From Balanoglossus misakiensis (Eukaryota > Animalia > Hemichordata), in assembly GCA_040954595.2 (NCBI GenBank), contig CM082587.2, positions 899,622-963,621 on the forward strand: a stretch of DNA of 64,000 nt, written 5' to 3'. The notes below the pieces were generated by a model, which saw only the letters and a list, made by a program, of their open reading frames with translations, did not search any database and was not told the DNA's origin. Both the position numbers and the translations under genes were made by a program. Each line of letters begins with the position of its first letter. Position 1 is the stretch's first letter. Positions 13,254 through 26,800 of the stretch are shown here, in pieces.

Positions 13254-16200
13254 AGCACAATATCAGACCACACACAAAGACTGTATTTGCACTAACCTGT
13301 AGAAGTTCAGTTTGGTAATCACAACCACTCTACAGTCTTGTCTTGCTCGTATTGAGAAAAACGATGGTTCCCCTGTGATGACAGCAATGGTGCCAACCAA
13401 TTCACCAGGATGTGCTACAAAGACTGTCTGTTCCTCTGTGTTCTTACCAATCTTCTTCTGACCCATAGCCAGTGTTCCAGTCACAACAAAGTATAAACTA
13501 CAATCCTAAGAGAAGATGCAACACGAAATGGTTTATAAGAATGCTGGCTGCATTTACATATTAATTTATTTGCAAAATTCTCAACGATTCACCTGGCAAC
13601 CGTCTTGGGTAGCATTTGGTTGGCCAATGGCAAGCAACAATTATAATTCTCTAGATCTGACTGACTCACCTGGTCTCCTTCCTTAGCCAGATATCTTCCA
13701 GCTGATACGTGGGCTAAATCCAGACAACCATCCAACAGAGAGTCATCCTGGAAGTGGAAATGGGAAGACACACGTAGAAAATACTGGACGAACTGTTGTG
13801 TTTATGTTAGAAGAAAATACCAGAGTTTGAATGAATTGGTTTGAGAAATGGTTGAGGGAAATATGGCCATACTTTACATAAGATTTTCTAAGATCATTTT
13901 ACAGTAATTACCTCTAAACCAAACAAAACTGTTAGATCATTTGAAGCCATTTGAAGAATTTCATCATCATCAGGAGATGGTTGGTCGATTTCTGGATCAT
14001 CAGGACTTATCTTCACTGTCTTTTTCTTGGACTTTGTTGATGATGTTTCCAGCGTATCTGGTCTTACTCTTTGAGAGCTCTTTAATTTGTCTGTTTCCGC
14101 TTTCTGAGAACACAAGAACAATGATATAACACTTGCAGACATAGTCACAAATATATTAATTGTGATGCATTGTATGTATGTATTGTAATGTATCATATTG
14201 ATATTACTGTATCTTGCATTACACTGCAATGTATTGTATAGTATAATATTGTATTTTACTGTATACAATATACTATACTCTTAAAGTACTGCTTGTTTCC
14301 AGTACCGTATTGTCAAGTATTTAATCACAGCTTACCTCATCAGAAGAAGAGCTGGCAACAAATAACACTTTGTCATTAAATCCACAAACTCGAGCTTGAC
14401 CAACCACAGCATCGAAATCTGAAGGGCTGGTTCCTAGCATACTGGGGCTGTCTCTATCCAGTGAACTAGTTCGGCCATTATGTGAAAGTATAGGTCGCGG
14501 TACGCCTATGATGTCAGGGAGGGGATAAACAAAGTTAGACACACAGATATTGTGAGAAAAGAAAACTATTTTTTTGTTTTTCTAGGCAAAACACAGATCT
14601 CAACTGAGACAGATTCACACAATCATCATGAACCTATTAGCTCAAATTTATCAATAGTGAACACAATAACTATTTTTCTGATTAAGTAAGTACCTGTCAG
14701 AATTAGTGCAGTTATAATGAATATTGTTGATCATTTGAGAGATTTAAGTAACAATGCCTTCAGAGTTTATGTGACTGAGATGACAAGCCATGAAGTATAG
14801 AAGGAACATGCGCTGTTAGAGCACACATGCACGCACACACGTGCATGCATACCCACGCACACGCACACACTGGCATACCTGCAGGTAAGGAAGTGCTTCT
14901 TGATCTTCTCTGTGGCTCTATAGAATCCTCCTGAGTCAAACTTTCTTTGCTAGAAACATCACTTAGTTCCTCTGAGAGTGAGAGAGAGAACCCAGAACAA
15001 ACAGATACAGTACGCAACAGAGAGAATACACCACATACAAAGGAAGAAAGAAGTTATTTCATTCATTTATTCAAAGCCTTTCTTGCCTTGAAAGTCAGAT
15101 ATCTTCTTGTAACTGGAGCAGATGTTTTCATTTTTATTAAGTCAATTTTGTGGTTACCAAGTAAACAACTCCAAAGACAATAAAAGTCTGAAACCGAAAG
15201 ACCCATGCAAGTGAATCCTTTACTATACTCAGTGTATACACCTTTTTTCATAAAGAGGACACCCTTCCAAGACCCACACGAAAATGAGGCCAGGAAATCT
15301 AGGTCTATGATTTATAAACCACACACACGCGCACCTGACAACACAAACCATTGTGTCTCTATTCTTACCGATCCTGTGACTCTCTTTACTGCCTCCTTCG
15401 TCTTCAAAATCAAACATCTCCATAACTTCCTCCTCTTGTACACTCTCGTCTGACTTGGAGATCTGTGATGGTTTCTTGCTAGGGCTGGTTCTTGGAGAGA
15501 TGGTGTGAACGGAGAAGGATTTGTTGCTCTGATTCTCAGGGTTGATTAATTCCATACTCAGACCCAGGTAGTTGTGTAATGCCATGAATGTCACTCTTTG
15601 AAGACGTACAACAATGATCTGGAAAATGTAAATGATTTGTGAACAAAAACAATGCATCAACAGTGGCTCTGGATATGAGAAATAATCATACACAAAACCA
15701 TTTCAGAAGAAAACTTCCAAATGATGAAATACGTCAACACAATCTTTCTGCTGATTGACTGCTGGGCTGAGTTCAAATGAGACACTAATATTTGTTTAAT
15801 TCCAATTAATCACTTCTGAACAGCTGACCTTACCTGAACTACCCTGACAAGGGATTCTGGGTAATTTTCAAAGACTGTACAGAAAGCTTTGGCAGGCAAT
15901 CGTAACACTGTACTGTCCACTACTGCCCTTGCTGACACCGTCTTGTAAGGAGCTGGATGACCCTGTATGAGAAGACATGACAATCATTTGTGATTGGAAA
16001 CCCATTTCAAATTCTAAACATGCAAACATACTCTGACTCAACCTGAAGATGCCAAGAGTGAGTACGACCTTTGACCCACAAATTCAACTTACTGTGATGA
16101 CATCCAAGACACTCAAGAGACTGTGAACACTCTCTCCTGGATAAACTTCTTTCATACTCATCTCACTGCCATCCTGGTTAAAGGAAAAAAAGAATTAAAT

Positions 16201-19200
16201 CTTGAAAGATCACTTCACATCATCTCAGAAAATATCACAAGCATTTTGTACCTTGGAAGCTACTTTCATATGTGGCCATAACTTACGGGTTCTGTGATGA
16301 AGACACTCAGTTGACCATTCTGCACAACATACACACTGTCATCTTGTTGACCTTTTCTGAACAAGAATGCACCAGCTGGTATGAACTTTGTTTCCATGTG
16401 TCTGCACAGTTCGAGGAAGAGTGGCTTCTCAAAATGACCAAACACTCTGTAAAAAATATTATCAAAATATTGTTGTACATGTATTAATTAATTAACCCTT
16501 TCATCTTTATCATAGAAAAAAATGCGGTTGGACTGAACCATTATTTTTTGGGAGAAAATAACATAGGAAATACATACCGTACACTCTTTAGCATATAAAT
16601 AACTTCTGGTGGAATAGTCAGATCGGACTGTAAATCTCCCCAATCAGCTTCAAGGACTGAAGGCGGTGGTTCCTTTTCTTGTAGAGTGGGCTCTGTTTCT
16701 TTGCGTAGATGCAATAATCTAAAAAGATCAGAGAAATAAAGCTGAAAATATAATTCTTGATTTTGTTTGATTTTATTGCCTACTGGCTCGGTGGTCATAT
16801 TTACATTTTACCTTTGCAAGAAAATAAACTTTAAATCTTACCTCTTTATATCTCCAAGCAGTAGTCTCTGTTTTTTCTTTAGTCTACTTCTTGTACTTGT
16901 TATTGGGCCTGATATTGATTTCACCTGAAAGAAATCAATGATTTATTTAATTTTGATTTGATTTGATTTGACAAACACTTCCACAGTGTATAGTATACCT
17001 TCATCATGACTCAGGGGGGACCCAAATTCCCCATATCAGTCTTGACTTACTTTTCTGAGCATTCTCTTTCCATAAAAGATAACTTTATCTCTTTTCCTGA
17101 ATCTTGGTTTTGGTTGTGATGACCCCGGACTCTGACCCATGACTGTAACGTAAAAAATAAACATGGATTCATTTCATTTTCGCTTTATCTGAAGTTGCCA
17201 GGCAAGATAAATAGGACATTGGAATTTTTGTTTCTTTGTGTCATGAACAATGATTTGAAGACTGGCTCGACAAGCTTTACTATGTAATTTTGCTGAATGA
17301 AGCATGTTGTAATTTTCAAACAATATGTACATATGCACATTAAGCATACAACGTATGTCAATATTTTGTGAAAAATTAACTGACCTTCAACAATGAAACT
17401 AAATTTTCTTCAACACGCGATATTTAATACAACATACACAAGTTGACAAGTGGGTTCTCGTAGATTAAAAAATACACTATTTTTAAGTGCATCAGTAGGT
17501 AGTCAACATGTTTATCTATAAACCTCTGCATGACCCCTCCATGTCAATATGAACTTTCATCCGTCAATATTATTATCATTCGTTTGCCATTGTATAAAGC
17601 TTACTTTTTTTTAACTCATGTCTTTTTTTCATATTTGATGATGGATGTAAAAACCCAACATGAATCACACAGTCAGTGGTAGGTTATTTTTTTAATTCAG
17701 GATTGGATTATCTGACTCACACATTCTGTCCAGTAATAATCCACACACATGTCCCACAACCAGCAGTTGTGACAATCTGGATGAGTCACAGTTATTAACA
17801 TTTTTTTATAAAAATTATTTATAACTGACTGTGACAAAAGTAAAAGACTTACCCTGTCTCTTGACTTTACGAATAATAAATAGAACCACACATATCACAG
17901 TGGTGACCACAGCAATCGTGATCAGAATCATCTGCAAATTGGAGAAGTTAGAAAAACAACATTCCAGTTTTACTTGTCTACACCTGTCATTAAATCAACT
18001 TCCCACCATTTATATTAATATAACCCTGTAAATAAATTCCTAGATATGCGTACAATCAAGATTTCTACTTTAATATTATGTGACTGCTTAAATTCTACTG
18101 AAATGCACAGATGAATATCAATTAATTTAAATATTCATGACTATCTACTTTCTTTTGTATGGTATTGTATTGTATTGTATTGTATCACTATTTTTATTGT
18201 ATTGTAACTTATTGTGTTGTATTGTATTGTATTACATTTCTTATACTGTACTACTGCATTGAATTGTTAAGTATGCAGGCATATGAAACTGACGCATAAA
18301 AAATTGCCAACATTACTCTGTTCAGAATATTCACTACTGATGGTGAAATTGTCCTATGTATATCATTATCAGCAACATAAAAATGAGATGACATATTGCA
18401 GTTCAGCTGTAATAATATATCAATTCAGTAGTATGTTAGCAAGATCCTTACCATAAGAATATTTCTCAAGTCGATGACTGAAATCAGAAAAACGAGGACG
18501 GCTGGTACAAACACGATGTCAGTTTTGGACATGAGGTGGGTTGTATATACGGACATTACGTAATAAATAGGGCAATTTGCACGTAAACATCGGAACTATC
18601 ATTCATTGCTGAGTTCGGCAGGTTGCCAATTTTACTGACGGAGGACGAGATCAAGTCGATAGCAAAGTGACATGAATCACGTCCCGAAAAATTACCAAGG
18701 CGTGGTGAAAAGATCAGCACTTCATCGTGAAAGACTGTACATCCTCAAAATCTTGCATAACTCATGATGTCACCTGACTTGTCCTCAATGTGTCAATGTC
18801 ATGACAACGAGTCCACAGCATCTCGAGACCATGAACCACTGACACACTTGCGATACAAAATGGGTGGCCACTAGACTATTATATTGTTTCATGTCATTAA
18901 TAATTACAATGCTAGCACAATTTCATCAACATAATTTACTCATGCAGAACTTGTGTCAAGCATACACAAACAGGGCGGAATTTTCAAAACAAACCGACTT
19001 CGGGCAATAACGTACGTCGTAACGTACGGAGCACGAAAAAAAGTTTATAAAATGGGTCGACATACGATCCGGAAAACACAGGGAGGTAAATAACAAACTT
19101 ACCACGGACAGTTGGTTGTACTGTGATAAATCTGGCATCAACTGTGCGATCTCCCCAAGATGAATGCCCATCTCGTTCACTGCATTACCAAAGCCCGTTG

Positions 19201-19207
19201 ACGCCAT
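8616..19207 (-). CDS. PNPLA6: Neuropathy target esterase / swiss cheese (PNPLA6/PNPLA7 ortholog): N-terminal TM helix, cNMP-binding domains, patatin domain; ~29 coding exons
   Basis: Start MASTGFG at 19207. TM exon [20 protein letters not shown]; [18 protein letters not shown]; [14 protein letters not shown]; LVLGGGGAR; catalytic GTSIG (GxSxG); [11 protein letters not shown]; [14 protein letters not shown]. Last exon 8752-8616 ends SSNIYYY*. Candidate minus-strand AATAAA at about 6921-6926 implies a ~1.7-kb 3' UTR. Confidence 0.96.
10532..10586. repeat. (CAT)n microsatellite in an NTE intron
   Basis: Nearly pure CAT run inside the intron at 10507-10631. Confidence 0.95.
13216..13251. repeat. 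(CA)n microsatellite in an NTE intron
   Basis: Pure CA run. Confidence 0.95.
18163..18233. repeat. Degenerate (TATTG)n pentanucleotide repeat in the NTE first intron
   Basis: gtattgtattgtattgtattgtat...; a similar degenerate tract occurs near 14170-14275. Confidence 0.8.
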
Positions 19208-20833
19208 TTTGCCTTCTGTCAACCGCTCAGCATTATGGGAACTGCACAATGTGACCCCACGATGACCCCATGGCAGTTTCGAAATTGTACATCATGTTAG
19301 ATTTCAACTACATCAATCCTATTTTATCACTCAAAGATGGCTTTAATAGTGTAATCATTGGCGTTTGAAGAAAACAGAATCAATATATGATTCCAGCATG
19401 CCCAAAATCAGCACATATTGCACACTGGGGACAGAATTTCAGAAAAATAATTGATGATGGTCCATCGATCACTAGACTGTGGCCCAACAAACCTTCCAAC
19501 TGCACACATGCCGTACTTAATCACACAAAATCACAAACAGAACATCCACATATATGTTGCATAGAAAAACAGCTTTATTTATGTAAATATATAAAAGTTT
19601 AATTTTCCATAAGCTGTCATTAATTTTAAGCCCCTCATTGTTAGTAAAGTTAGACCTTCATTTCTTTGGAGAAAAAAAAACTCTGATTTGTGTAACCCAT
19701 GTGTGAAATGCTTTGTCAAACCACAAATCTCAAACAAAAGAGAATATCTAAGGGCAGTTGTGTGTTCCTGAATGATCCTCAAGTATTTTGTGGCAAGCCT
19801 GGATCACCACATTTGGTACAAACAGTCCAGGTTGGCAACATATTGAGAAAACAACTTCAAAAGCCTGAGCGCATGCTTCTGACGTCACAGGTCAAAGGTG
19901 GTGCACATCACAGAATAAATCAAGAAAAATAAGTTGTATGGTCAAATAAAACATGTAAACAGTCTACACAATATCTGATGAATGTTTTACTTTGGTCAAA
20001 CATTTTTTAAACTGTATTTTGAGATGTCTGTGCACCAAAAAGTCACCAAAATCATAAAAATCATTTGGTTTTGAGATCCTAAAGGCTACCATATTATGTT
20101 ATTTTTTTATTCACTACATTGCATATTCTTGGATCCCATAATGGTGGTTATAAAAGCGAGAAAATATCTTACTTTTTTTTCAATTTCTTCTGCATTTACT
20201 CATTTATTTGCAAAGAATCAGTAGATTATCTATTTATAACTATTATTTACATACTGTTGCATTTCTATTTACATATCCTATTAGTTTAAATCGGCAACCT
20301 TGGCTGATCTATATAATAAATTAGCTTCTCAACGCCAAAACCGAGCAAATGTCCCTTACAAACATTTTTGCTGTAATATATTGTTATCAAGAGTTTGAAT
20401 TTTGCCACACACGTGAGAGATCCAAACTTACATGGAGACAGTAACTAACCAAAGTCATGGAAGGTAAAAAAAAAACAGTATATTATAATGCTCTTGAAAA
20501 ACTTCAAACTATATTCTTGTTACAAAACAGTTACAATGTGTCTAATGAACTACAAAGCTTTTTTACCAACTGGCAGCAATTCTGTGACAAAAAAAAATAT
20601 TACAAAAGTAAATGAATGGAAATAATTGTAAAATTTTGGAAGAACATTGTAAATATTAATACTTAGGATAGGATGTAGCATTGTTTAAACCCCAGTCTAA
20701 TGATGTTATAGACAAATGACAGAAAGAGAGAGTTGATCCAAGACAACTAAGACTATCTCTCTTTCTTTCTTTTTAAGACTATGCACTATAAGCACCCCCC
20801 TCTCACCCCCCTCCCTTCTCTTCATCATTATCA

Positions 20834-23800
20834 TCAGCTGCTTTCTTGTTCCGATACAGAGTCTACAATATTTAATCTTTTTCTTATCCGATTAATTTGA
20901 GAAATTTCTGGGGAAACAGGGAGGAGGCGTTTTCCTGCCCTTGTTGGTGAGCCCTCACAGTTTCCTCTTTCTTTCTTGAGGAGATCATCCAACATCTGAA
21001 TGAACGACTTGGCAGCTGTGTCCACTTCCTGAACAGCCAAGTACACCTGGTCATTCACACGGACTTCAGTAACAGATGATGAGGCCGACGAGATATCATC
21101 ACTGCCAGTCTCTGATTGGTCGTCTGGCGGTGGCGTGTTGGCGATTTCCGACGTTGAGGAGGCAATGCAAAACCGTGATGCTGTATTCATCAAAGTGTCT
21201 GTGTAACGCTTCAGTTTTCTCAGATCTGCCCCTTGGCCTGTGAAAAGGAGTTAATCGGGCATATCAGTAATTCTGGCTTCAATGATGGCCAAACACTGTT
21301 GTATCACAACCTTAAATTCAAACTGTTGAAGTCACCCATACATGAAAAATGAAGGTAAAGATTGCATAATCCATTTTGATAATAATAGTCCATGGTTTTA
21401 GTCTTTTAATTGACATGTGCACAGGGTATTTTATAACAGGTAAAGTTGAGTCTTCTTTTAATAATTTGAACAAGAATAAAGTTAGTTCTTCAGGGAAGTT
21501 CAAAAAGCTACCATAGTAAGTTATGATTTTGAGATTAGAGATATATTCTTACCTCTTAACCAATAAACATAGAATGATTGATTAGAAATGCAATGGGATT
21601 AAACCAATAATAAGAGAAGATGGGGGATGAAGCATTATTATGGAGGTGCAAGTTGTCATCATACCTTTGGGAATAGATAGAGATGCAGTGAAAAGTGCTT
21701 TTGTGTTATCCGTGATATTGCCAGCCTCTGTGATCAGGTTCTGGGCTCTCTGATAATGTTTGGTGTAGTAACTTGTGGGCCTGACGTTGTCAAGACTGGT
21801 ATCACTGAAGGTGCTGGCCAGTTCGACTTGGACGTCTTGGCACTTCAGGAGAACCAGGCGTACCATTATCACAATCAGGTGGAATTTAGTGAGGATACTA
21901 TGGCAGTACTATATGGGAGATGGCAAAGACAATTAATAGGGATGGGAGTGGAGGAGGATCTTATTAGATTATGATGCAACAAACAACAACAACAAACCAA
22001 AAGTATAGACAATTGTTAATGCACATTTGGACACACACATTCTATAACTTGACAATGCTTAAGTTATTGTGTGATATTTAAAATTGAACGAAAACTTGGG
22101 GTTCTCTCCTTGTCTGTCTGTCTGTCTCTCCCCCTCTCACCCCTTCTCATGTTCCCATCTGCTAGTTCATATTACAGCATTCTCAGTATCAAAGGCATCA
22201 CACAGGAAACTGCTACACTTACATCATTTCTTGAAGCCTCGTGATGGAGGGTATCTTTCAACCGACCCTCGCATTCATTGATGGTCTTCAAGCCGCCTTG
22301 TAACGTCCGATCAATGAACACATCCACACCATCTAAGAAAGACTGTTTGATTGATGGTGATATCTGCAAGAGGAAAGAAGTTTTACACTGGTTACAAACT
22401 CTGGGGGCAGAAATACTGACATATACTGACTTTACCAGACTCCATATTTGTTTGTTTCTACATACATGTACTCACCTCTTCCTCATTACCATCAGCATCT
22501 ACAGCAAGACCAACCATCTCAGTTTCTGTTGCAATGGCCAACTCCCCAATGATCTTCGCCAGGAAGTCGATGCTTTGTATTAATTGTTTATAAGACTCTG
22601 AAATCATGCTGTCAATCTCATTGTCACAGCCCTGAAGTGGAAGGTTTTTGAAAAGAAAGAAACAAGAATCAGAAATTAGCCACTGTGTCTCGCATAGAAC
22701 TGGAATACAGGAACAGTTTATTTTTCATGCAGGAGGAAAGGCATGTACTCACCTGTAACAGTTTAACAACGTTACCCACTGTCTTCCGAGTGGTATCAAC
22801 CATCTGTTCCGTCAGGTCTCGCACAAGTCCACTGTCGAAACTCGTATGGTACGAACTCCATAATGAAATATGTGAAAGAAGCAAATCAGCACAAGTGCTG
22901 GCCTCCAGCATTTGTTTAGGCAAGTAGTCCGGGCTTTCTGAAAGTTCCGAATCTGCACCATCATCCCCCATCTTGTGGAAGGATTTTTCAATTGCTTCAA
23001 CGGCTGTCTTTAGTCTTTGCATATCGGTGAGGATCATGTCGACAACACTGAATTCTTGGTTTGATGTGTTGTTGAAGCGTTCAAGGGATGACATCAAGAG
23101 TGAACGGCAAAGTTGATGGACTGTCTGACATGTGTTGGACTGCATGCTACTGCTGGACAGTCTGGTAAATGCTGATAATCCTGTAATGCAAGAGGGGAAA
23201 AAACGAGATAGCTAATGCCAAAGCTCACTGATATCTCAAGCAGTCTACTTTTTACCCAAAATGCAATACTGATTGGATCCCCCAGCACAATACAGTGAAG
23301 TATTCTATCACTACTGGATATTCCTGTCCATTCAAACATTACCTGATTTCCTTGGAGTCAGTCTTGCCACACTGCTTGGCGTTGACGGAATTGAAGATGT
23401 TCGGCTGGACAGAGATGACAAGCGGGAAGAACTCGGAGTCTTGAAACTGTCGAATCTGCACGAAAACAAGGTGTGATGAGTTAGAACAAGACTCAAGGCA
23501 ATTTGTAGAATTGAAATTTGAAAGAGTCAAAAAAGGAAATCGTAATCCTATGGAATCTTACCCCTGTGCTTTGAAAACCGGCGAGTTCTGCATTTTGTAG
23601 TCTTGTTCCCACTGATCATTTGCATCATAGAACAAGTCATCAGAGTTGCTGTCTGGTCCACCTCCTTGCTGTATGGCGAAAAATGTTATGATTGTCATGG
23701 GTCTTTTTGTGACTGAAATAAGGTAGGCAAGCAGACATTTTTATTGTTTGCTAAATCTGCATTATCATCTACATGCAAGAGCACCCTTAATGTCAGAAAT

Positions 23801-26800
23801 CAACACTTCTACAAAAGCTCACTTTGAAACTTACTTGATAGACCTCTCTCATTTGTATCAGTCTGTCTTCAAATTTATCAACTGACCACAGAGTTGTGAT
23901 GCCAAGTTTTGTGTTGTTTAGTCTGATTTTGAACATCACATCTTCTCCTTCCATCTCATCATGTCGACTGAACATCTGAAAGAAACATCAATATTTCAAG
24001 AACTGTTAGAAGACACACGAACATCTTCAGGACATCCATGTTCCAGGGATGAGATAAACCAACACAGAAGCATGTGAACATGGCAAGATACAGAACACTA
24101 ACTCCAAAACTTTCAAAAGATGGTGATTTCTGTCATTTTAAACTTACTGTGTGCTTCTTCAAACTTTTGCTGATATTGTTGGCCTCTTGGAGCCACATTG
24201 AGAGTCGAAGAAGATCACGTCTACTGTTTTTCTTGCCATCTGCAAAAAAAAAGAAAGTCAGATGTGAAAATACATGGTTACAATGAAGATTCTGATGCGA
24301 CCACGGACAAACATTTAAAAAATAATGATTTCAAACAATGAACAAGTCGTACCCAATCCCTTCTTTGCTTTTTGTTCTCTGAGTTTCTTGGCACGTTGCA
24401 GTCTCTCTACGTCTCTTTCCAGTTTGTGTTTCTCATTGTCCAGTTCCTGTAGAATCCTGGCTTGGTAGAACTTGGTGTCTTCCAGTGCATGCTTGGCAGC
24501 CAGTGCTTCCATCTGTAGTCTCTTCCTGTTGGACTGAACTTCTCTTTCCAACATCTGGACAGATTAGAGGAACACGATAGGGGGCGACTTTTCATATTGG
24601 CCAAACAATGGTGCCATCAATATAAACATTGTGTGTTGCTGATACCATCATGCAGAGAACAACAGCACATTCCTTCCAAATTCGTACAACATGACGAAAC
24701 AGGGTCTACAAATTCAATGTTACCTTTTTCTGTTCTTCCAAAGCCTCTATTTTCTCCACAGCTTCCTGTTTCACTCTTTCTTCTTGTTCTCTTGTTTGAC
24801 TTTCTTTCCTCTGTAAACAACAAACACTCATCACTTCAGATTCAGTGCACATTTTCACGAATGATTAAAGGTTAAGCTACTTTTGGTAGATATGCATTTC
24901 ATGAAATATATGCAAAGAGTTCTCACCAGTTGTTCCTCTAATCTGGCCATTCTGTATTCATAATCATTTTTCTGACTGTCCATCTGATGTTGAGCAATTT
25001 CCTGGGTGATAGAAGAGATGACAAATAAATTGAATCATTTCTTAACTTTCACAGTTTAATAGATCAAGTGACAACTGACACTTCAATCTCAGTTTTCTTT
25101 CCAAGTTTTGAGTCATAAAATTCTGAAGTGATATCTTACTTTGGCTTTCTGAATTTCAGCCATGATTTCTTCCTGTGCTTTTAGTCTTGCTTCTTCTAAC
25201 TCAGCTTCCAGTCTGATGGGCAAAGACAAAAAAAGATTGGTTTTGGAAATATGATATGTGAGTATGCTTATCTGCGCCGAAATCTCAAAAAAAATGAAAC
25301 CGGGAACATCAATTTAAAAGTCACATGGCCTGGAAAGGAATTCTCCTCCTGAATGACTTACTTTGCATTCTGTGCAGTTATGAATTCATTCTTTGCAAAT
25401 TCAAAATCGATGGGAGCAGCTGTCATTGACTTTCTTCGTCCACATTTCACTTCAAAGAGATGATTGACACGAAAGTAGTGGTCACCTATCACCAGCCGAT
25501 CGCCCTGAGAAAATTACAAAATACATGTTCTGTTTATTCAGACACTGGTCAATAAGGAGAACATTTTTAAATGTATCAAATCCAGAAATTTGGAGCACAT
25601 TTACATGTTTGAATTGAGACATGTGTACTTACATGATGCAGCACTGTGGGTTCTGTAACTTGTGCTCCATTGACAAAGGTCTGAGCCTGACCCAGTGGAG
25701 CTATGGTGACAATATTGTCCATGTGGGTAATGGTACTGAAAGGAAACAGAGAATTGCAACAGAAGGCAACATTAGACTTGTGTCAGGAATATGAACATTT
25801 TGTCTTACAATACTAAATTCACATTAAAGACCTCCTTCTAAGTTCTAGTCGAGCTGACCAACCCATAACTTTGTATTCAATACAATGGGGGTAAAATATA
25901 CATAATATGTGTTCTCTGAGGTTTTTGACCATTCCATTGTGAAAGTTGACAACACTAAAGAGCCCACAAACATCATTGTGAAAGTGCACAACACTGAGGG
26001 GTCATAAACCCCCAAAGGTCAGGACCTTTCTACAGATATTCTGCGTCTCGTGTGTTGTAAACTGAAGTAATCAATACAACTAAAATGGGGCAGTGGAGTC
26101 TTTGACAGGTGTATGTATACCAGGGGGGTTTTCATGCATTCTTTCCTGCAGTCTCTATTCAATGAAAAGGGCAGACATTTACTTTGCAAATTGGCAGATC
26201 TGAGGGTCTGCTATTCTTGACAAAACTTTTGTCAAAAGCTACCATCTCTAGATATGAATGAACTTATATTAAATATTCTTACCAGTGTTCCTCAGATACC
26301 AGAGCCCCTGACAACTGTATCTCTAAATTGGAGTCTCCGCTGATATGACCAACGCGGTTTGTACCCTCTTTCAGAAGGTACAGTAAAACTTCAGAGAGTT
26401 GAGGGTCTTCATTTAGATTGACCAAATTTGGTAAGTTGTTGTCCACTTTGAAAGACACCCCAGCTCTCTGAAAAAGAGTATGGTAAACATGCAATAGGGA
26501 CAGTGTTAGACAGAGAACCATTTTAAAAACAAAGAGATAGTTTGACAGTGCTGCCATTCGTAGGTATGTAAGTTCATTTGTCTGACCTAATCATGTCATC
26601 AGCTATCACTACTACCTATACCATTAAACACACACCTCCAGTTCTTTGGATTCTTCAATTTTCCGTTTCTCCGACTGCTTGAGTTTTTCTTGCCACACTT
26701 TGGTGGCATCTGTCATGGCTTGCTCTGATTCCAGCAATTTCTCCCTCAGACTGGCAATCTCACTCAGTGATGCTTCATAGTCACATTCAGATACCATTCC

